DNA of 64,000 nt from a candidate division FCPU426 bacterium (GTDB lineage: Bacteria > Oederibacteriota > Muellerivitia > Muellerivitales > Muellerivitaceae). A program made the position numbers and the translations under genes. The stretch is from NCBI GenBank assembly GCA_963771075.1, contig CAVYSE010000011.1, positions 141,508 through 205,507 on the forward strand, given 5' to 3'. Of the stretch, positions 1 through 7,660 are shown piece after piece. Under the pieces are notes generated by a model. It had not been told where the DNA came from. It searched no databases and was given only the letters and a program-made list of their open reading frames with translations. Numbering within the stretch: the stretch's first letter is position 1; each line of letters starts with the position of its first letter.

Positions 1-1
1 A

Positions 2-424
2 CGGCTTGGGATCGTCCACGTGCAGGCCCATATGGGGCCCGGTGGAAAAATGGACTTCGTGAGGGAACTCCAGTCGCTGGGACTGAAAGTCGCCATGGTC
101 GGGGATGGTTTCAACGACGCGGCGGCCTTGACCGCCTCCGATCTGGGGATCGCCATGGGAACGGGCACGGATGTGGCGAAAGAGTCCGGTGACATGGTTC
201 TGGTGAAAAGCGACCTGCGGAAGGTGGTGGAAGCGATCCAAATTTCCAGGGCCACCTTCCGGGTGATCCGACAAAACCTAATCTGGGCCTTTGGCTATAA
301 CCTGCTGGCCCTTCCCTTGGCGGTATTCGGTTCCGTCCCCCCCTCCTGGGCGGCGCTGGCCATGTCCTTCTCCTCCCTTTCGGTGGTGCTGAACGCCATG
401 AGGCTTTACCGGAAGAAGTTCTAA
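2..424 (+). CDS. P-type cation/heavy-metal translocating ATPase, C-terminal fragment (5' end lies outside the window)
   Basis: The translation contains the hinge motif VGDGFNDAAAL and the terminal TM helices typical of P1B-type ATPases. The ORF is open to the window edge. Confidence 0.8.
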   Translation, partial: RLGIVHVQAHMGPGGKMDFVRELQSLGLKVAMVGDGFNDAAALTASDLGIAMGTGTDVAKESGDMVLVKSDLRKVVEAIQISRATFRVIRQNLIWAFGYNLLALPLAVFGSVPPSWAALAMSFSSLSVVLNAMRLYRKKF

Positions 425-590
425 TCAATAAGCTTTTAGCCGTTAGCGGGTTGCTCTTGGCTAAAAGCTAAAATCCAAAAGTCGAAAACTGGACACGAAC
501 CGAGATGATTCCACCCCTTTTTCGCATTCTTGACGACCCCAGGCATCTTGCCTATCCTACAGCGCAATTCATGTCCGGAAGGAGTTGTCC

Positions 591-1718
591 ATGCGCCGTC
601 TATCCCTTCTTTTGTTGCTGCCTCTTCTTTTGACCCTTTCCTGCGGTCCCAAGTTGAACCCCAACGAGATCCGCATCGGCGAATTCGCCTCCCTGACCGG
701 ATCCCAGGCCACCTTCGGCCAATCCAACCATGAGGGACTGTTGCTGGCTGTTTCCGAGATCAACGCCGCCGGCGGGATCAACGGCAAGAAGCTGGTGGTG
801 ACCACCGTGGATGACCAGGGAAAACCCGAGGAAGCGGCGGTGGCAGTCACCAAACTCGTGAACCAGGATTCTTCCCAGGTCATTGTCGGTGAAGTGGCCA
901 GCTCCCTTTCCCTGGCGGCGGCGCCCATCTGCCAGAACAATAAGATCCCCATGATCTCCCCCTCCTCCACCAATCCCAAGGTGACCCAGGTCGGTGACTA
1001 TATTTTCCGGGTTTGCTTCATCGACCCCTTCCAGGGCCAGGTAATGGCCGATTTCGCCTTCGACAAGCTCAAGGCCAAAACGGCCGCGGTATTCCGCGAC
1101 CAAAAGAGCGATTACAGCATGGGATTGGCGGATTTCTTTATCGCCCGCTTCAAGGCCAAGGGCGGAACCATCGTGACGGACCAGAGCTACGTGCAGGGTG
1201 ACATCGATTTTAAATCCCAGCTCACCGGAATCCGTTCCGCCCAACCGGACGTGATCTTCGTCCCCGGCTATTACACCGAGGTGGGCCTGATCGCCCGGCA
1301 GGCCCGGGAATTGGGACTCAAACAACCGCTTTTGGGGGGCGACGGGTGGGACTCCCCCAAGCTTTTCGAGATCGGCGGGGCCGCGCTGGACGGCTGCTAC
1401 CACTCGGACCATTTCACGGCCCAATCGAACGACCCCATGGTGCAGGCCTACGTCAACAAATACAAAACCGCTTATGGTCACGTGCCGGACGCCCTGGCCA
1501 CCCTGGCCTATGACGCGGCGGGGGTTTTGGCCCAGGCTTTGAAGAATACCAAGAGCCTGAAGGGCGAAGACATCCGCGACGCCATTGTTTCCGTGAAAAA
1601 CTACCAAGGCGTGACCGGGTCCATCAGCCTCGGCGCCGACCGCAACGCGGTCAAACCCGCCGTGGTTTTGGAGATCGCGGGCGGCAAGGAAGTTTACGTG
1701 GCGACGGTGAATCCCTAA
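591..1718 (+). CDS. Branched-chain amino-acid ABC transporter substrate-binding lipoprotein (LivK/LivJ family)
   Basis: Signal peptide with lipobox LTLSCG. Periplasmic binding protein type I motifs are present (SLTGSQATFG, VDDQGKPEEA). RBS GGAAGGAG lies 5 nt before ATG 591; the TTG at 585 is in frame just upstream. Confidence 0.8.
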   Translation: MRRLSLLLLLPLLLTLSCGPKLNPNEIRIGEFASLTGSQATFGQSNHEGLLLAVSEINAAGGINGKKLVVTTVDDQGKPEEAAVAVTKLVNQDSSQVIVGEVASSLSLAAAPICQNNKIPMISPSSTNPKVTQVGDYIFRVCFIDPFQGQVMADFAFDKLKAKTAAVFRDQKSDYSMGLADFFIARFKAKGGTIVTDQSYVQGDIDFKSQLTGIRSAQPDVIFVPGYYTEVGLIARQARELGLKQPLLGGDGWDSPKLFEIGGAALDGCYHSDHFTAQSNDPMVQAYVNKYKTAYGHVPDALATLAYDAAGVLAQALKNTKSLKGEDIRDAIVSVKNYQGVTGSISLGADRNAVKPAVVLEIAGGKEVYVATVNP

Positions 1719-1939
1719 ACCTGTCATGGATCATCTTCGGGAATAAAGAACTGACAAAAACCGGGCCATTTTTATTTTTGGGCCGAATCGGAGGACCGGG
1801 CGCGGGAATATCGGAAAGAGATTGTGCAGTTTAGAATAATTTACATAGTATTCAACTCAACCGATTGCTTGTTTCCCCATTCCAAGGTTAACTTAATCTT
1901 CCCCCTCCACTTTTCAACTTTTGGGGAAGGAGTTTTCTC

Positions 1940-3214
1940 ATGGGATCAACCCTCGCCAGCAAGGCCGAACCCGCGAATTTCGATTTAAAGGAAATCTTGG
2001 CGGGTGAAAGGGTGGAAGCCCACTTCCAGCCCTTGGTTTCCCTGAAGCGCCAGTGCGTGGTGGGCCTGGAGGGCCTTTCCCGGGGGATCTTGCCCGGGAG
2101 CCGGGCCCTGATCCCCCCCTACGAGCTTTTCCGCCAGGCCGCCCTCCAGAATTTGGAAATCGAGCTCGACCTGCTTTGCCGCAAAAAAATCCTGGATTCC
2201 TTCCGGAACTTGCACGCCCAGCACCCCGATTACATACTTTCCCTTAACCTGGACGAGTCCGTCCTGGAAATGGGGTTGATCGGATCGGGCCAGCTGAGGC
2301 AGGAAGTTTCCGAAATGGGGTTGAAGCCCTCCAACGTCGCCATCGAGATCGTGGAATACCGGGTGGAGGATCTCAAGGAGCTCCAGCATTTCGTCGAAAA
2401 ACTCAGGGATTTTGGCTTCCTGATCGCCCTGGACGACGTGGGAGCGGGGCATTCCAACCTCAACCGCATCCCCCTCATCAAGCCCGATATCCTGAAGATC
2501 GACCGTTACCTGGTGGAAAACCTCCAGGACGATTTTTATAAAAAGGAGATCATCAAATCCATGGTTCGCATGGGACGCCGCCTTGGGACGGTCATCATCG
2601 CCGAGGGGGTGGAAACCGCCGAGGAAGCCCAAGTGCTCATGGAAATGGACGTGGATATGATCCAGGGCTTTTATTTTTCCAGGCCCCAAAGGCCCGCCGA
2701 CCTGAACGAGTCAGGGACCCTGGATAAAGTGAAGGAGGTCGTGCGGGACCATAAAACGCGGTCCCTGGAGCATATGGGGGTCAAACGGCGCAACATGAGC
2801 CGGTTCCACTCGATCCTCCTGGAAATCCAGGTGGAGCTTTCCGGCCTGGGGGAGGATCGGTTCGGCCCCAAGCTCCAGGAAATGGCGCACCGTTTTCCCC
2901 AGGTGGAGTGTTTTTATGTCCTGGATCACGCGGGCTTCCAGCTCACCGAAAGCGTCCTCAACATGATTCCGGGGGAAAAACGCAATCCCCGGTTATTCCA
3001 TCCCTCCCCCCGGGGAACGGATCATACCGCCCGGGATTACTGCTATTACCTGACGGAGGCGGGAACGAACAAGACCAGCTTCCTCACGGAGCCCTACCTT
3101 TCCATGACCTCGGGCAACAGCTGCGTCACCCTTTCCTCCCTTTTCAAGACGGGGGAGGGGACGCCCTTCATCCTTTGCTTGGATATCGATACCCAGGCGC
3201 TTCGGCAGTCCTGA
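1940..3214 (+). CDS. EAL-domain c-di-GMP phosphodiesterase with a C-terminal cytoplasmic Cache/PAS-like sensor domain
   Basis: EAL signatures are present: EGLSR (EAL-loop variant), DDVGAGHSNL, KIDRYLV, EGVET, QGFYFSRP. The C-terminal ~170 aa show the Cache-type motif DHTARDYCYY...TEPYLSMTSGNSCVTLS. No TM helices are apparent. Confidence 0.8.
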   Translation: MGSTLASKAEPANFDLKEILAGERVEAHFQPLVSLKRQCVVGLEGLSRGILPGSRALIPPYELFRQAALQNLEIELDLLCRKKILDSFRNLHAQHPDYILSLNLDESVLEMGLIGSGQLRQEVSEMGLKPSNVAIEIVEYRVEDLKELQHFVEKLRDFGFLIALDDVGAGHSNLNRIPLIKPDILKIDRYLVENLQDDFYKKEIIKSMVRMGRRLGTVIIAEGVETAEEAQVLMEMDVDMIQGFYFSRPQRPADLNESGTLDKVKEVVRDHKTRSLEHMGVKRRNMSRFHSILLEIQVELSGLGEDRFGPKLQEMAHRFPQVECFYVLDHAGFQLTESVLNMIPGEKRNPRLFHPSPRGTDHTARDYCYYLTEAGTNKTSFLTEPYLSMTSGNSCVTLSSLFKTGEGTPFILCLDIDTQALRQS

Positions 3215-3225
3215 AAATTCGGTGG

Positions 3226-4491
3226 TCAGGTTTCCGGTACCAGCTCAATCAGGGTGATCTCCGGGGAAAGGCCGAAACGCACGGGCATTCCCCAATAGCC
3301 CGTGCCCGTGGAAACGTAAAGCTGGCTTGGGCCCTGCCGGAACAAACCCATGTCGTATTTCAAAAAAAGCTTGGCCAAGGACCATTTCAGGAACTTGAAA
3401 CCCAACTGGCCCCCGTGGGTGTGGCCGCTTAAGGTCAATTCCACCCTCCGCCGGACCGATTCCTTGAATAGTTGGGGATTGTGGGCCAGAAGCACCGTGG
3501 GGATGCCGGGGGGTTTATTCCCCAGGGCCTTTTCGAAATCGGGGGCGAACTCACCGATCATTCCCATCCTTCGGCCGCCCGGGTCGCCAATCCCCGCCAA
3601 CCAGAAACTTTCCCCTCCCCGTTTTATTTCCACACCCTCATTTACCAGCATCCGAATCTTGCTGTCCTTCAAGGCCCTCAGGGTCTTCGCAGGGTTGGCG
3701 TAAATGTCATGGTTTCCCAGGATGCCGTATTGGGGCAGGGTTTCGGGAAAAGCGGAGAATCCTTCCAGGAATTTGGGGATATAAAAGGGATCGTCGTCGG
3801 AAATATCCCCGCAAACGGTGAAGAGATCGGGGTTCTCCCGAAGGATGGCTCGGGAGAACCGCCTCAAGCGGGATAAACGGGTAAGGAGTCCGACATGGGT
3901 GTCGGAGACCATGGCGATTTTATAACCCTTAAACACGCTCCCCAAGCCTGGGATAACGACCCGAACCCTTTCAACGCGGACCATGAAAAGGGTTTGGAAG
4001 AAACCGAAAACGGTGATGAACCCGAGGGTTCCCAAAAAAAGGTTGAAGGGGACCTGGGCAAAGGCCCAGAAGGGATGTCCCCCCCAATGGAAAATGAGAA
4101 GCCACAGAATGGCCAGGACCAGCAAGAAGAGGGTAGAAAGCAAACTGAGGAAGGTCCAAAAAATGAAAAAAGGAGCAAGTAAAGTCTTCGCCCATCGGAA
4201 TAAAGGGGAGGAATGGCCCCGCAAGATCAGGGGTAAGAGAAGCCAAAGCAGGTTGCCCAGGATGGCGCCCAGCAAGACGATCAGCCAATGCTTGGGATAA
4301 AGGGTATAACCCGCCAAAATGGCGACCGCATTGAGAAGGAAAAAGACGCTGAGTACCAGGTTCCAGATGAGAACGGTGCGGCGTTTGGCCAAAAGGACCC
4401 TCCGGGAGGTTGAAGAGGCATCATATTCGGGTGGGGGTCGGCCCAAGTCAAGACGGAGAAAACCAACATCCACCACGAAGCCACCCGCCAT
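3226..4491 (-). CDS. Membrane-anchored calcineurin-like metallophosphoesterase (YkuE-like)
   Basis: N-terminal polytopic TM region followed by phosphoesterase motifs GDISDD, GNHD and GHTHGGQ. Convergent with the EAL gene. Confidence 0.8.
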   Translation of the reverse strand: MAGGFVVDVGFLRLDLGRPPPEYDASSTSRRVLLAKRRTVLIWNLVLSVFFLLNAVAILAGYTLYPKHWLIVLLGAILGNLLWLLLPLILRGHSSPLFRWAKTLLAPFFIFWTFLSLLSTLFLLVLAILWLLIFHWGGHPFWAFAQVPFNLFLGTLGFITVFGFFQTLFMVRVERVRVVIPGLGSVFKGYKIAMVSDTHVGLLTRLSRLRRFSRAILRENPDLFTVCGDISDDDPFYIPKFLEGFSAFPETLPQYGILGNHDIYANPAKTLRALKDSKIRMLVNEGVEIKRGGESFWLAGIGDPGGRRMGMIGEFAPDFEKALGNKPPGIPTVLLAHNPQLFKESVRRRVELTLSGHTHGGQLGFKFLKWSLAKLFLKYDMGLFRQGPSQLYVSTGTGYWGMPVRFGLSPEITLIELVPET

Positions 4492-4584
4492 AAATGCTTA
4501 ATGGAAGGTGGCATGTGTTGGATGTGTCTTTTCGGCGCCGGGACCATTAAAATTCAAAGCATCCTTGGATAATTTAAGGAAGGT

Positions 4585-5487
4585 ATGGAAAGTTTTTTCC
4601 AGCTTTTATTGAACGGATTGGCCCTGGGTTCGATTTATTCCCTCATCGCCCTGGGTTACACGCTCGTTTATGGAATCCTGCGGCTCATCAATTTCGCCCA
4701 CGGGGATATCGTGATGGTGGGAGCCTATGCCGGGTTGTTTACCGCCACAGCCTTGAACGCCGGGGACCATCCCAGTTTGGTTAAATTTCTTCTCATCCTT
4801 CTCGCGTCCATGATCGTTTCGGGTTTGCTGGGCTATTGGATCGAGCGCCTGGCCTACCGGCCCTTAAGGAACGTGCCAAGATTGAACCTGCTCATCACCG
4901 CCGTGGGGGTCTCCCTCCTTTTGGAAAATCTGGGGCAGGTGATCTTTGGCGCCACGCCGAGGGTTTTCCCCGACATTATGCCGGAAACTTCCATCTTTCA
5001 ATTCGGCCCCATCTCCATCACCAACCACCAAATGACCGTCTTCGGCACGGCCTTAGTTTTAATGATCGTGCTGGAATGGATCGTCCTGAAAACCAAACTG
5101 GGACGGGCCATGAGGGCCGTTTCCCATTCCCACGAGGTAGCCTCATTGGTCGGCATCCCGACGGATAAAATAATATCCTTCACCTTCATCATCGGTTCGG
5201 TCCTGGCGGCGGCGGCCGGCATCCTGGTAGGAGTTTCCTATCCACGGGTGGACCCCCTGATGGGGGTCATGATCGGCATCAAGGCCTTCGTGGCGGCGGT
5301 ATTGGGGGGCATCGGCAGCATCCGAGGTGCGGTCGTGGGAGGGTTCGTGATGGGCGTGGCCGAATCGATGGTAGCGGGTTACGGGGGTTCCACTTACCGG
5401 GATGCCCTGGCATTCGCCATTTTGATTCTCATCCTGGTGTTCAAGCCCGCCGGATTGTTCGGCAAGTACCAGCCGGAGAAAGTGTGA
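4585..5487 (+). CDS. livH: Branched-chain amino-acid ABC transporter permease LivH
   Basis: N-terminus LLNGLALGSIYSLIALGYTLVYGILRLINFAHGD is typical of LivH. About 8 TM helices. Confidence 0.85.
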   Translation: MESFFQLLLNGLALGSIYSLIALGYTLVYGILRLINFAHGDIVMVGAYAGLFTATALNAGDHPSLVKFLLILLASMIVSGLLGYWIERLAYRPLRNVPRLNLLITAVGVSLLLENLGQVIFGATPRVFPDIMPETSIFQFGPISITNHQMTVFGTALVLMIVLEWIVLKTKLGRAMRAVSHSHEVASLVGIPTDKIISFTFIIGSVLAAAAGILVGVSYPRVDPLMGVMIGIKAFVAAVLGGIGSIRGAVVGGFVMGVAESMVAGYGGSTYRDALAFAILILILVFKPAGLFGKYQPEKV

Positions 5488-5499
5488 GAGGAATCGAAC

Positions 5500-5805
5500 A
5501 TGCCCTTTGAAAGATGCGTCGGGCTGGAAATCGGGAACGAGGAACTCTACAAACAATACCGTGAGGCCATAGCCCCTATCCTCGCCCGCTACGGCGGGGC
5601 GTTCCGTTATGACTTTAAGGTGTGCGAGGTTTTGAAATCCGAAACCCCCGCACCCATTAATCGGGTGTTTTTTCTCACCTTCAAGGACCGGGAAACCCAC
5701 GACGGTTTCTTCGCGGACCCGGAGTACAAGCAAATCCGGGAAAAGTTTTTCAAACCATCCGTTCTTAATTCAACTTTACTAGGCGGTTATGAACGAAATG
5801 CTTGA
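5500..5805 (+). CDS. DUF1330 family protein
   Basis: About 100 aa with a DUF1330-like pattern (YREAIAPILARYGG...FKDRETHDGFFADPEYKQ). Inserted between livH and livM. Confidence 0.65.
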   Translation: MPFERCVGLEIGNEELYKQYREAIAPILARYGGAFRYDFKVCEVLKSETPAPINRVFFLTFKDRETHDGFFADPEYKQIREKFFKPSVLNSTLLGGYERNA

Positions 5806-5823
5806 TATACCCAATATCCTCTC

Positions 5824-5921
5824 TCCTTCTCCCCTTGAGGGAGAAGGTTTGGATGAGGGGGATATTTCTCTCGCAAGGCACCCCTCACCCTATCCCTCTC
5901 CCTCAAGGGGCGAGGGAAGCT
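5824..5921. repeat. Pair of GC-rich hairpin-forming repeats (CCTTCTCCC-cttga-GGGAGAAGG and a related CTCCCTC...GAGGGAAG unit)
   Basis: A perfect 9-bp stem lies at 5825-5847. A second imperfect copy lies at about 5894-5919. Both are intergenic between DUF1330 and livM. Confidence 0.4.
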
Positions 5922-5940
5922 GGAAAGAATCAGGCAATAA

Positions 5941-6897
5941 ATGAAATCAAACCTAATGGGGATATTGATCCTTCTATCGGCCGCCGTGGTGGCGCAGGGT
6001 CTGGCCTATTTACTTCCCCCCTATTTCGCCGAACTTTTCATCTTCGCTCTCATTAACGCCATATTGGCGGTTTCCCTGAACCTGGTGAACGGCCTTTCAG
6101 GCCAATTTTCCTTAGGGCACGCAGGCTTCATGGCGGTAGGGGCATACACAGCCGCTTCGGTTAATGTTTTCCTATTAGGCTCGATGCACGGAACATTTGT
6201 GGGGGATCAATTTTCATTGATTCTCTCATTGTTGGCCGCGGCTGTGGCGAGCGCCATGGCGGGCTATTTGGTAGGGTTGCCTTCCTTAAGACTGAGGGGA
6301 GATTACCTGGCCATCGCTACCTTGGGATTCGGGGAAATTATCCGCGTGGTGATCCTGAATATTCAGGCCGTCGGTGGGGCCAGGGGTTTTATCGGCATTC
6401 CCGGAACGACCACCGCATTCTTGACGGCTTTGATTCTGGCCGCCTGCGTGGTGGCCACCCATCGTTTCGTGCTTTCGACCCACGGACGGGCTTTGTTAGC
6501 CATTCGGGAAAATGAGATCGCGGCAGAGGCAATGGGGGTCAATACCACACGCTTTAAAGTCCAGGCTTTTGTGGTTTCCTCGGCGGTGGCGGGTGTGGCA
6601 GGGGGGCTATTCGCCCATTACCTTTCCTTTATCAATCCCAGTTCCTTTGATTTCATGAAATCGGTGGAGATCGTGATCATGGTGGTCTTGGGGGGAATGG
6701 GCTCGGTTTCGGGCTCCATCCTGGCGGCCTTCATCATCACCTTTTTGCCCGAAGCTTTGCGGCCCCTTCAGCAAGTGACAGGAGTGGATTTGAGGATGGT
6801 GATCTATTCGCTCAGCTTGATTTTGATGATGCTTTTACGGCCCAAAGGCATGTTTGGCCGCAAGGAGCTGTGGCAGATGTTTCAAAGAAAGACTTAA
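5941..6897 (+). CDS. livM: Branched-chain amino-acid ABC transporter permease LivM
   Basis: Motifs GQFSLGHAGFMAVGAYTAA and GDYLAIATLGFGEIIR are typical of LivM. Polytopic membrane protein. Confidence 0.85.
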   Translation: MKSNLMGILILLSAAVVAQGLAYLLPPYFAELFIFALINAILAVSLNLVNGLSGQFSLGHAGFMAVGAYTAASVNVFLLGSMHGTFVGDQFSLILSLLAAAVASAMAGYLVGLPSLRLRGDYLAIATLGFGEIIRVVILNIQAVGGARGFIGIPGTTTAFLTALILAACVVATHRFVLSTHGRALLAIRENEIAAEAMGVNTTRFKVQAFVVSSAVAGVAGGLFAHYLSFINPSSFDFMKSVEIVIMVVLGGMGSVSGSILAAFIITFLPEALRPLQQVTGVDLRMVIYSLSLILMMLLRPKGMFGRKELWQMFQRKT

Positions 6898-7092
6898 TCA
6901 AAGGCTTTTATTCCTAGTTTAAAAATTAAGTTGTATCAATCCCTCCGCAAGAAATACCCTTCCATCCAGCCGGGCTATCACATGAACAAGCGGCATTGGA
7001 ATACGGTGGTATTGGATGGGTCCCTGCCCCCTAGCTTGATCCGTAAGATGGTGGAGTTGTCCTATGTGCTTGTATCACCTGAAAAATATTGA
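6898..7092 (+). pseudogene. 5'-truncated remnant of a YjbR/MmcQ-family gene (C-terminal ~60 codons only)
   Basis: The in-frame translation ...LRKKYPSIQPGYHMNKRHWNTVVLDGSLPPSLIRKMVELSYVLV matches the conserved C-terminal PGYHMNKKHW...LDG core of YjbR/MmcQ proteins. The frame is open right up to the livM stop, so the N-terminal half is missing. Confidence 0.5.
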
Positions 7093-7096
7093 AAAT

Positions 7097-7363
7097 TTAT
7101 TCGTAATGAGTCCACATACGGATGACTTTTACGGTTTTGATGTCCTTTAAGACCTGATAAACCAACCGGTGATGGATATTGATCCTTCGGGAATAGGCTC
7201 CTTCAAGGTCGCCAACCAATTTCTCGAAAGGAGGAGGATTCCGGTAGGGATCTTCGGCCAGGATACCCAACAGGTATTCGACTTTATCCCTTAAACCCGA
7301 CGATGAAATCTTTTTGGCATCCTTCAATGACTGCTTCGTATATAGAAGCCGCCAGTTCACCAT
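7097..7363 (-). CDS. yoeB: YoeB/Txe-family toxin (type II TA, mRNA interferase)
   Basis: 88 aa. The sequence ...GAYSRRINIHHRLVYQV... resembles the YoeB RNase fold signature. Overlaps the upstream antitoxin by a few nt. Confidence 0.8.
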   Translation of the reverse strand: MVNWRLLYTKQSLKDAKKISSSGLRDKVEYLLGILAEDPYRNPPPFEKLVGDLEGAYSRRINIHHRLVYQVLKDIKTVKVIRMWTHYE

Positions 7364-7599
7364 TTAATCTTTGGGGAGAGTTTTGAAATAGGTGTTGCTA
7401 ATCCTTTGCGGATGGATTCGCGCATGCCGGGAATGGAAATCAGGTAGAGGGTTTCCTGAATGGCCCGCCAATCCTCCTCGGAAACGAGCACGCCATTCGC
7501 CCTTTTGCCGGTGATTTGAATGGGCACATGGTTTTTCGCCGTCTCGTCCAAAAGCTTGTATAAATTGGCCCGTACCCGGCTGGCAGTCATAGTGGTCAT
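7357..7599 (-). CDS. yefM: YefM/Phd-family antitoxin
   Basis: MTASRVRANLYKLLDETAKNHVPIQITGKRANGVLVSEEDWRAIQETLYL is a typical Phd/YefM. RBS AAGGAGG lies 5 nt upstream of ATG 7599. The longer ORF back to 7644 is probably not used. Confidence 0.8.
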   Translation of the reverse strand: MTTMTASRVRANLYKLLDETAKNHVPIQITGKRANGVLVSEEDWRAIQETLYLISIPGMRESIRKGLATPISKLSPKIKW

Positions 7600-7616
7600 A
7601 GGAACCTCCTTTGATA

Positions 7617-7640
7617 ACGTACCATATTGCGTACGTTTTG
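7617..7640. promoter_or_regulatory. Perfect 7-bp inverted repeat AACGTAC-N8-GTACGTT immediately upstream of yefM; candidate TA operator
   Basis: The palindrome overlaps the likely promoter of the yefM-yoeB operon. YefM-YoeB complexes are known to autorepress via palindromes upstream of the operon. Confidence 0.4.
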
Positions 7641-7660
7641 TCATGTTCCCAAGAATAGGT

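Noticed and set aside
600-1727. 375-aa ORF on the minus strand, antisense to the Liv binding-protein gene
   Set aside because: It is the mirror frame of a well-supported gene in GC-rich DNA. The translation is low-complexity (G/A/R/H-rich) and has no RBS.
1985-2689. 234-aa minus-strand ORF inside the EAL gene
   Set aside because: It is antisense to clear EAL motifs and has no recognisable domains.
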